A DNA stretch of 32,000 nucleotides from Telmatocola sphagniphila (GTDB lineage Bacteria > Planctomycetota > Planctomycetia > Gemmatales > Gemmataceae), in assembly GCF_018398935.1 (NCBI RefSeq), contig NZ_CP074694.1, forward strand, positions 2,460,001-2,492,000, in the 5' to 3' direction. Below are positions 24,849 through 32,000 of this stretch, piece after piece. Positions within the stretch are counted from its first letter, which is position 1; each line of letters begins with the position of its first letter. The position numbers were made by a program, and so were the translations under genes. The notes beneath the pieces were generated by a model. The model was not told the DNA's origin. It did not search any database and saw only the letters and a program-made list of their open reading frames with translations.

Positions 24849-26708
24849 CTATCGAGGCACCGGCAGAGGCGGGAGAGCCGGTCGTCCCCCCGGCGGGATA
24901 GCCGAGAGAGGAACGCTGGACGGATCCTGAATCTGAGGTTGCGATCGATCGATTTCATATCCACTTCCCCCCACGTTCGGCAGGTTGGCCGGAACGGGAG
25001 CAGGGATCGTCATGGTGCTGGTTCCCACAGTCGCCTTGCCAACCGAAGTCGGTACCGCGGTGACTGTGATCGTATTCGCGTTCGTCGCGGGAGCCGTCTG
25101 CGAGACAATCGGTTTCGCAGCGACAGTTCCCGGTGCACAAGTCGTGCACGCTGGGGTCACGCAGGCCCCGGTTGCACAACCGGCCGTTCCCGTACCGCAG
25201 TTGTTACCGCAAGGATAAGTCGCGGCGGTCGGATCATTCTTGTACGCGGCTCGATACCGCTTGCCATCGAACACATTCCGCTGTCCGCGTGGCAGTTCCA
25301 TCATCGCTTCCAGGAAGAACTCATAGTCATCCGGAAGTCGCGTTTCCTGACCCGGCAGGCGGTTCGGAAGCTGCGAGCAGTCCATCGCATCGACTAGATG
25401 CGGGGTGACCAGAATCACCAGTTCCTGTTCGTCTTTCTCATCCGCGGCCACACTCCACAGAGCCCCGAAGAAGGGGATGTCGCCGAGCAAAGGCACTTTA
25501 ACATTGTTGGCCGTGACGGAAGTCTGCAAGAGTCCGCCGATGGCGAAGGTCTGCCCTGGTTCCAACACCACCGAGGTCGTAATCGAGTTTTCCGAGAGGA
25601 AGGGCGAGGTTCCGAAGCTGGTCGTCAAAGCCGAACCACCCGGACCATTCACACTTCGCACTCGCGGAGCCAACTCCAGGAAGATCTTGCCGTTCCCGTA
25701 AACGATCGGCGTGTAAACCAGTTCGGTACCCACCGGTCGATAATCCACGCCCGGTCCGGTGATCCCGGAAGCGGGGCCGATAACGGGCTGCTGACCCCCT
25801 ACCAACAACGATCCCTGTTTACCGCTCTGAGCCACCAACTTGGTCTCAGCCAAGAATTTGGCCACGTTTTCCGTCTTCAGGGCCTGCAGCATTCCCTGGA
25901 AGTTCGCCGGAACGATCCCGAAGGGCAAGTTACTTGCGGTACTACTGGTACCGGCGATCGTATTCACGGGGGAAGTATAGACCCCAACACCCGTTCCGTT
26001 GGAAGCCACTGCACTCACATTGACCAAACCGCCCAGGATGCTACCCGTACTGAAGGTCGATCCCTGGACTACCCAGGAGAAGCCTCGGTTTCGAGCTTTG
26101 GTTCGGCTCACACTCGCGATCGTCACGTCGAGTTGAACCTGACTCACTCCGCCCACCGTCATCGCATTGATGACTGAGCCGCCTCCGGCTCCCGCACCGA
26201 TACCGGCGAAAGCGGCATTGGCAATTTGCAGGATCGGATCGATGTCGGCCGAGTGGGCCACGTTACCGGTCAGAACAATTCGGTTCTGACCGAACGGTGT
26301 AATTTCAATATTTGCAGTAGGAAACTTACTTCGGATCAGCGTTCGCAGGGCTTCGATATCGGCCTGCACGATGATCTCGTAGGTTTCTTCCGTGTTACCC
26401 GATATCAGGGTAATTTTGGCAGTACCGATCGATCGTCCGAGCAAGATCACTCGGGTCGGATCCGTACTGTCGGCGATCACCTGCACTACCGCAGGGCGGT
26501 CGCTTTCGACTTTAGTTATCGGTTGCTTCACTCGCATCTGCAACCGAACGGTGGTTCCCACGGGAACCAAAACTCCCCCGGTACGATCCGTTTTGGGGGC
26601 CTGGGCGGGCTGAATCACTTCCTGGGAAAAGGCTGCGCCGCCTCCCAGGATCAGGCCCAGGGACAGAGTCATCATAGACCAGCGTCGTGCTGAAAAGAAA
26701 CGGTGCAT
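24849..26708 (-). CDS. cpaC: Tad pilus outer-membrane secretin CpaC/RcpA with a long C-terminal extension
   Basis: Signal peptide MMTLSLGLILGGGAAFSQE. The N-terminal region resembles a pilus-formation N-domain (VPVGTTVRLQM...AVVQVIADS...ILLGRSIGTAKITL). Secretin core signature: VPLLGDIPFFGALWS...EQELVILVTPHLV. About 170 extra C-terminal residues follow. Confidence 0.9.
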   Translation of the reverse strand: MHRFFSARRWSMMTLSLGLILGGGAAFSQEVIQPAQAPKTDRTGGVLVPVGTTVRLQMRVKQPITKVESDRPAVVQVIADSTDPTRVILLGRSIGTAKITLISGNTEETYEIIVQADIEALRTLIRSKFPTANIEITPFGQNRIVLTGNVAHSADIDPILQIANAAFAGIGAGAGGGSVINAMTVGGVSQVQLDVTIASVSRTKARNRGFSWVVQGSTFSTGSILGGLVNVSAVASNGTGVGVYTSPVNTIAGTSSTASNLPFGIVPANFQGMLQALKTENVAKFLAETKLVAQSGKQGSLLVGGQQPVIGPASGITGPGVDYRPVGTELVYTPIVYGNGKIFLELAPRVRSVNGPGGSALTTSFGTSPFLSENSITTSVVLEPGQTFAIGGLLQTSVTANNVKVPLLGDIPFFGALWSVAADEKDEQELVILVTPHLVDAMDCSQLPNRLPGQETRLPDDYEFFLEAMMELPRGQRNVFDGKRYRAAYKNDPTAATYPCGNNCGTGTAGCATGACVTPACTTCAPGTVAAKPIVSQTAPATNANTITVTAVPTSVGKATVGTSTMTIPAPVPANLPNVGGSGYEIDRSQPQIQDPSSVPLSAIPPGGRPALPPLPVPR

Positions 26709-26773
26709 CCTATCACCTCTTTACCTTGAAAAAGTGGGCATCCGACCCACCCCTGCCATACCACCGAACAAGT

Positions 26774-26808
26774 AATCTCCCCCTCGAAAGGGGGGATTGA
26801 ATTTTTTT
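26774..26808 (+). terminator. Terminator-like hairpin plus T7, oriented antisense to the tad genes
   Basis: AATC-t-CCCCC / tcgaaa / GGGGG-GATT forms 9 bp with one bulged T. On the plus strand it is followed by GA-A-TTTTTTT (26802-26808). That T tract overlaps the cpaB stop codon (26807-26809). Confidence 0.35.
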
Positions 26809-28030
26809 ACTTCAAAGTCACGCGTTCTTTAGTGGATCCATCACCCGGTTGAGCGGGCTTGGCATCCTTCTGTTCCTTCTTCTCTTCGGTCTTGCTGGAG
26901 TTGCCGGCATCGCCCGCTACTCCCCCATCCAACCGTCGCCATCCGCCAGTTTCGGTCTCTTCGTAAATCACGTCGACCGAGTTACCACCCTCCTGGATGG
27001 TCATGGTGATGGTCTTTTTCTTCTTCGCCGGTTCGGGATCTTTCAGAACCGTAACCGGTGCTTTCTTCACTTCGGTATCCGAGAGCGATTCTTCCACCAG
27101 CATTTGTCCGGCCAGAAGATCGGTCGTCAGGTACTTATTTTTCAGATCGCTCGCGTTGATCGACAGCTTACCCGGGAATTCCCCATTTTTCAGAGCGACT
27201 TCTTTTTCTTCCACCAGTTCGCTGAGGTTCGCTTCCGTAATCTTTTCATTCTGCTTCAACGTCTTCTTGACGAACCAGGCCTTGACGAAATTTACTGCCG
27301 GGGCCGGGGGAGCTTCTTCTTTTTTCTCCCGGTCCATACCAGGCATATCCTTCAGAACGATGTCGTAACCGGTCTTCAGGGTATCGTCATAAGGCTGCTT
27401 GTCGTCTCGCAGCAACAAGCTCATCCCGCTATCTTCGAACAACTTCAACAGCTGTGCGTCCTCATCTTTGACCGCAATCGTACAGGTGTTCAACTGCTGT
27501 ATCGCCGGGTTAGCCTCTTTGCGGTCCTTATCGTCAATCGAAAGAACCAAGGCATTTCGCATCAGTCGAACCGGTCTTCGAATCCGGCTGTCTTTCAGGT
27601 CGACCACCATCCCCAGCACGTCCACGTGATCGCCCGGTTTGACGAAGCCGGACACGGCCTTATCCACCGAAATCTTGATCGCAAATCGCTTGTGACCCGG
27701 GGGCAGAACCACATCCGGTGCATTCGAGATATCCAGAGCGGTAAACCAGCTCTTGGCTGGCTTGGTCGCGGAGATCTTTTTGCCTTTCAGGGCGTTCGGA
27801 TCGGTAATCGCATCGAGCGGAACCGCGTCTTTATCGAACTCCGAGAAAGCCACGAGCGTCGGCAGATTCTTTTCATCGAGAATCGTACCGATGGGGAGCG
27901 TTTGCGTCGCCACCACAACTTTTACTTTTTCAGCCTGCACTTGCGTTCCGTACATCTTGGAAGTTGCAAATGCCGCCGCCAGTCCAAACGCGATGGCCAC
28001 AGCCATCAATGCCACATTCTTCGATTTCAT
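26807..28030 (-). CDS. cpaB: Flp pilus assembly protein CpaB/RcpC (SAF + RcpC domains) with an extra C-terminal region
   Basis: N-terminal TM anchor (VALMAVAIAFGLAAAFA). SAF-like VKVVVATQTLPIGTILDEKNL. RcpC-like KRFAIKISVDKAVSGFVKPGDHVDVLG. Residues ~216-407 are additional to the canonical part. Confidence 0.85.
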   Translation of the reverse strand: MKSKNVALMAVAIAFGLAAAFATSKMYGTQVQAEKVKVVVATQTLPIGTILDEKNLPTLVAFSEFDKDAVPLDAITDPNALKGKKISATKPAKSWFTALDISNAPDVVLPPGHKRFAIKISVDKAVSGFVKPGDHVDVLGMVVDLKDSRIRRPVRLMRNALVLSIDDKDRKEANPAIQQLNTCTIAVKDEDAQLLKLFEDSGMSLLLRDDKQPYDDTLKTGYDIVLKDMPGMDREKKEEAPPAPAVNFVKAWFVKKTLKQNEKITEANLSELVEEKEVALKNGEFPGKLSINASDLKNKYLTTDLLAGQMLVEESLSDTEVKKAPVTVLKDPEPAKKKKTITMTIQEGGNSVDVIYEETETGGWRRLDGGVAGDAGNSSKTEEKKEQKDAKPAQPGDGSTKERVTLK

Positions 28031-28377
28031 GGATGCAGTCCTCAGTCAGGAGTTAATTCCTACCGCCCCAGTCCGCGCCCTCGCATCTATGACTGGTGGT
28101 TACTGCCATCCATGGCCGACTGCCTTTTTCGCAGGCAGTTTGCGAGTGTAATCTTTACACCCGCGATAACTTCAATGATTCTCTCAACAACCTAGCATAT
28201 TTTTCCTGCGGAGGCTTAAGCTCGCAGGAATCTTCTTTCTTTTCCTGTAATACTTGTCTTTCTGCCTGCTACGATTTTTTCGTCCGTCTTAGTACCCAGA
28301 CTTCACTCTTTTCCTGATTTACGGATCATACCTGCGGAAAGGATTTGCCTAGTCCGGCAAGATGGGCGAACCGGGTA

Positions 28378-29169
28378 TTATCCAACCGTCCAGGTAGGCA
28401 TCGCGTTGGTCATGTAGAGATAGGTCAGATAGCCGAGGAAGCCGACGCACAGGGGCACGCCGTAAGGAAGGCGAACCCAACTGGATCGACGCTCGTTAGC
28501 ACGTTCGGCCGCTTTCGAGGGGCCATGGGTCACGAGCACCTTGAGATCAGTGCCGATTTCTTTGAAGTTAGATAGGTTTTTGTGAATGTTGCGGCGGAGT
28601 GCCATCATCACCAGCGCGAAGACTCCACCGACGATTGCACCCGCTGCGAAAGCATAGAACACCATGGGAATCGCTTCCTGGTAGCCGTAGAAGGCACCGA
28701 TCCAGGAGCCGAAGCCCATTTGCATCTTCACATCGCCCTGCCCCATCCCTCCGATAGCCAGCATGGGGAACAGACAGATAAAGCCGATGCCCGTTCCGAT
28801 GAGAGCCGAGCCAAAGCCACCGCGACCTGCATCGAAACTCATGTTCAGATCGTGCAGCCCGCCTAAGACCCAGCCGCTAACGACCAGGGAAAGAGTCAGC
28901 CAGTTTGGTACTTTGAAGGCCCAGCCGTCGATGATCGCGGCCAGAATCATGCCGAGGCAGACAACGATGATTGGTCCATGGTTCATCAGGGAGCTGTTCG
29001 GCGAGGCGACACTGGCCCATACCGTGTGTCCGATCCAGGCGCAGAAGACCAGGATGGCGGCTATGAATGGAACCTGAGCCATTTGCAGTACAAAGGCTCG
29101 GTCGATGGTACCATCGTCTACCGATTTTTGAGCGACGGGAAGAGAAGTCACGTTAGTTGCAGTCATCAT
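28378..29169 (-). CDS. cpaA: Prepilin peptidase CpaA/TadV (A24 aspartic peptidase, no methyltransferase domain)
   Basis: Polytopic protein. The two catalytic-Asp contexts are AAIIDGWAFKVPNWL and GGMGQGDVKMQMGFG. Located between flp and cpaB. Confidence 0.85.
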   Translation of the reverse strand: MMTATNVTSLPVAQKSVDDGTIDRAFVLQMAQVPFIAAILVFCAWIGHTVWASVASPNSSLMNHGPIIVVCLGMILAAIIDGWAFKVPNWLTLSLVVSGWVLGGLHDLNMSFDAGRGGFGSALIGTGIGFICLFPMLAIGGMGQGDVKMQMGFGSWIGAFYGYQEAIPMVFYAFAAGAIVGGVFALVMMALRRNIHKNLSNFKEIGTDLKVLVTHGPSKAAERANERRSSWVRLPYGVPLCVGFLGYLTYLYMTNAMPTWTVG

Positions 29170-29380
29170 TCGAGGAAATCCTCACTCTGGGGTAATTTAC
29201 TTCCAGTAAGAAGATCTCCATTCCGCCGGGTTGCACTTTTTGGCGACGATGCGAATCGCACCGGCACCTCAAATTACTCACCCAATCGAGCGGCTTCTTC
29301 TGGAAGTCACGTCAAATAACTTGTTGCGCTCTACGAATCTCCTGGGATTCGCCTGCACTTTCCAGAATGAAGCCCGCTCG

Positions 29381-29578
29381 TCAGGTAGTGGTGGCACCAC
29401 TGACTGCCGCATTCAAGCTCGCATTCGCGAAAGTGCTGTTCGCATTCTTTCCAAGCGTCGTAATTGCAGCGATGCAGACCACTACGATCAGTGCCAGCAT
29501 CACGGCGTATTCGACCGCGGTCGGACCGTCTTCTTTCTTGAGAAAACGGACCAGATTAGTTTTCAATTCACGAAACAT
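29381..29578 (-). CDS. flp: Flp/Fap family type IVb prepilin
   Basis: 65 aa. The leader ends KKEDG and is followed by PTAVEYAVMLALIVVVCIAAI, which gives the G/xxxxEY Flp motif and a hydrophobic helix. A strong SD (AAGGGAGGA) lies 6 nt upstream of the ATG. Confidence 0.9.
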   Translation of the reverse strand: MFRELKTNLVRFLKKEDGPTAVEYAVMLALIVVVCIAAITTLGKNANSTFANASLNAAVSGATTT

Positions 29579-29775
29579 CAGACATCCTCCCTTTTGCGCA
29601 TGGGTTCATCGCGCTGCGTATAAAAACCCAAGTCCGCAATCAGAGGGAGTTATCATTCAGGCATCCAGCCTAGACAACGGATTGCAAACTATCGACTGGT
29701 TTGTCCGGCTTAGGGGAGCCTTTCATCCCAGAGATCAATCAGCATTCACGGGCGGTAAAACCCGAACTTGCAGAA

Positions 29776-29804
29776 AAAGTAGAATCAGAATTCGGTACTG
29801 TCAA
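29776..29804 (-). promoter_or_regulatory. Candidate sigma-70 promoter for flp
   Basis: On the minus strand, TTGACA (29804-29799), a 17-nt spacer, then TACTTT (29781-29776). This would give a leader of about 190 nt. It is a motif match only. Confidence 0.3.
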
Positions 29805-29902
29805 ACCACGATAATGGGGTTTATCTCGGAATCCGTGAAAACTTTCGCAAGTATATCCGTCGACACTTATTTCTGAGACATGAACGGAATTGATTCAAGA
29901 AA

Positions 29903-29932
29903 TAAAAAAACGGTGGAGGAAATCCACCGTTT
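29903..29932 (-). terminator. Rho-independent terminator of the Tyr-rich protein gene
   Basis: Stem AACGGTGGA (29909-29917) / TCCACCGTT (29923-29931) with a 5-nt loop. On the minus strand it is followed by TTTTTTTATTT. It lies 31 nt after the stop codon at 29963. Confidence 0.7.
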
Positions 29933-29962
29933 GAAAATGTTGCAAAACGCGACCAGAACCTG

Positions 29963-31135
29963 TTATTCCGAAGTTACGGAAGACATCACTTGATCCAGAA
30001 GTTTCTTCAAAACCGCATGCAGCGACAAATAGTCTTTTTCCGTGCCCGGTAAGGCCGGAGCCACCCGCACGTGATTCTCTTCCAGGTATTTCAACAGGGC
30101 CGCACTATCCTTGGCTTTGATACCATGCTTCCAGGAGCAGAAGTCGGGGGTTTCCTGCAGAAATTGAACTGTGGAATCCAGGTTTCGCAGGAATTGCTTG
30201 GCCTGAGTATATTTCATCAACCCGATTTCCTGGATCTGGGGAGCCAGCAAATCCGAGAGCTTCTGAATATCTTTCCGTAGTTCCTTAGCTTCCGAGGCCG
30301 TCGGCTTCTCCTGCCGGTTCAGAGATACCAGAGCCTTATAGCCGGCCTGAATTTTGTTCTTCATCTCCTGGGTTTCGGCATCGGCATTATCGAAAGCCTC
30401 TCCCCAGGGAAGTTTGTCCGAGTTAGGTAACATGAGGAAGCCATACTGCCCGTTGGCCTTGGCCGCATGGAAATTAATCTGGGACATATCCACATCGACC
30501 GCTTTCGCAGGTCGATGCCCTTTGGTAGCCTCGTCCAGAAGCTGATCCAGCAGTGCGTTAATGGCTTCCCCGGTAAAAATATCCTTTTCCGTAAAGACTT
30601 TAGGCGCTTTCACTTCGGCTTTTGGCGAGCTGGCTGGCTCCTGCACTTTCCGCCAGTTGTCGTAAGTACTGTCCTTAGCTCGCGATGGGGAAGTTTTTAC
30701 AGGGGTACTGACATCCGTGGAGTTGTAAACGGCGTATGGGTTACCGATGTAATAGTAAGGGGAATAGCCGTAAGGGTTCAGGTAATAGTAAGGGGAATAG
30801 TAATTGCGACTTCCATAGGCATAGTAGCCGAGGTTCAGCGTTCCGGCCCATGTACCTCCATACCGACTACTGGAATAGGCGGAGACCGATAGGTTTCCGC
30901 CGTTGTAGAAATTGTTGTAGCCGTACGGCCACACGTAGTTGCTATTGTAGTAGCCGGTATTGTTGAAGCGGATGGCCGCCGCGCTCGAGTAATTGTAACC
31001 CGAATTCGCATAGCCGCCGGTGAACCCGTAGTTATAACCTGCACCATATCGAACCTGAGCATGCGCCTCAGAGTTCGGAACTGCACAGAACAAGCCCGCT
31101 GCCAGAACTGCTCGTACCAAGAGTTTGGATTTCAT
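29963..31135 (-). CDS. Secreted protein with an N-terminal Tyr/Gly/Asn-rich low-complexity domain and an unrecognised helical C-terminal domain
   Basis: Signal peptide MKSKLLVRAVLAAGLFCAVPNSEAHA. Residues ~27-140 (nt ~30716-31057) read GYNYGFTGGYANSGYNY...YYSPYYYLNPYGYSPYYYIGNPYAVYN. SD-like GAAGGAAAG lies upstream of the ATG. Confidence 0.8.
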   Translation of the reverse strand: MKSKLLVRAVLAAGLFCAVPNSEAHAQVRYGAGYNYGFTGGYANSGYNYSSAAAIRFNNTGYYNSNYVWPYGYNNFYNGGNLSVSAYSSSRYGGTWAGTLNLGYYAYGSRNYYSPYYYLNPYGYSPYYYIGNPYAVYNSTDVSTPVKTSPSRAKDSTYDNWRKVQEPASSPKAEVKAPKVFTEKDIFTGEAINALLDQLLDEATKGHRPAKAVDVDMSQINFHAAKANGQYGFLMLPNSDKLPWGEAFDNADAETQEMKNKIQAGYKALVSLNRQEKPTASEAKELRKDIQKLSDLLAPQIQEIGLMKYTQAKQFLRNLDSTVQFLQETPDFCSWKHGIKAKDSAALLKYLEENHVRVAPALPGTEKDYLSLHAVLKKLLDQVMSSVTSE

Positions 31136-31588
31136 GGCTTTCCTTCTTTCCTACTGGTGCAACATCTTAGTGGAGTAATTCGTTTGTCGGTTTCATTTAT
31201 TCAACCGCAAATTCCTCACTGTTCATAATACCCCTTTTCTAGACGACTGTTTCAGTGAGAAAGGTCTCATTTAGACAAACATCTGAATATTAAGAGCTTA
31301 TTAGACACTTAAGTATATTCATCACAACAACTTACAACGATTCTGAACCTCGAATGAGAACTGTTCTATCGATCTGAAATCCGGCATTTTTCCAGCGGAT
31401 CAATGCGTACGGAAGAGGTGCTATTCCGGGAGCGGCTTCAGGATTTTTTTCAGACAAACCGAAATTGCCCACAAAAAGCAGATTCAATCCTCTACTCGCG
31501 GAAAGTCTTTGAATCCATGAGGCTTCCTTAGCCAGCCCACATTCTGTATTGAGTCGAGAGGATCGAATATCCCCTCCTTTGCCGAATC

Positions 31589-32000
<412 letters not shown>

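Noticed and set aside
22269-26177. Long plus-strand ORFs antisense to cpaF (22269-23009), cpaE (24141-24650) and cpaC (24939-25397, 25398-26177)
   Set aside because: The sense-strand products carry unambiguous Walker, secretin or ParA-like motifs. The antisense products are Arg/His/Gly-rich with no domain signatures.
26849-28195. 448-aa plus-strand ORF antisense to cpaB
   Set aside because: It is striking in length, but its product is repetitive Phe/Leu/Arg-rich sequence with no motifs. The opposite strand encodes a recognisable CpaB (anchor, SAF, RcpC) in correct operon context. This is a shadow ORF caused by codon bias.

Overview
The window looks like a chromosomal segment from a Planctomycetota-like bacterium. 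That assignment is an inference from protein style (an Flp leader ending EDG/PTAVEYAVMLALIVV, an ECF sigma factor paired with a giant membrane protein, many lipobox proteins) and needs a database search. I call 23 CDS, 21 of them on the minus strand, plus one tRNA.

Layout:
- 1-7635: an ECF sigma factor gene overlaps by 14 nt a giant ORF of more than 2,340 codons. The ORF reads as FecR-like, VIT, vWA and a long helical region. It runs off the left edge and is absent from the supplied ORF track. I translated it by hand.
- 7888-11591: a hypothetical membrane protein, a DrrAB-like ABC/ABC-2 exporter pair on the plus strand, and a convergent delta-9-type fatty-acid desaturase.
- 11592-12814: about 1.05 kb with no convincing gene but several terminator-like hairpins, then tRNA-Leu(GAG) with its own promoter and terminator.
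- 12879-16344: a tightly spaced esterase, lipoprotein and polytopic DUF4129-like membrane protein.
- 16486-29578: a Tad/Flp pilus cluster in the order flp-cpaA-cpaB-cpaC-cpaE-cpaF-tadB-tadC. It is followed by a Gly/Asn/Thr-tailed lipoprotein, a strong terminator, and a classical-clade AAA+ ATPase with a TPR lipoprotein.
- 29963-31135: a secreted protein with an extremely Tyr/Gly/Asn-rich N-terminal domain.
- 31589-32000: the 3' end of an RND efflux pump gene.

I saw no CRISPR array, transposase, integrase or rRNA. The best candidates for something undescribed are the sigma factor plus giant VIT-vWA sensor pair and the unassigned accessory genes around the Tad core. Those accessories are the AAA+/TPR module, the repeat-tailed lipoprotein, a Cys-cluster extension on the secretin, and the Tyr-rich secreted protein. 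All functional calls rest on motif reading by eye. No searches or folding calculations were run.
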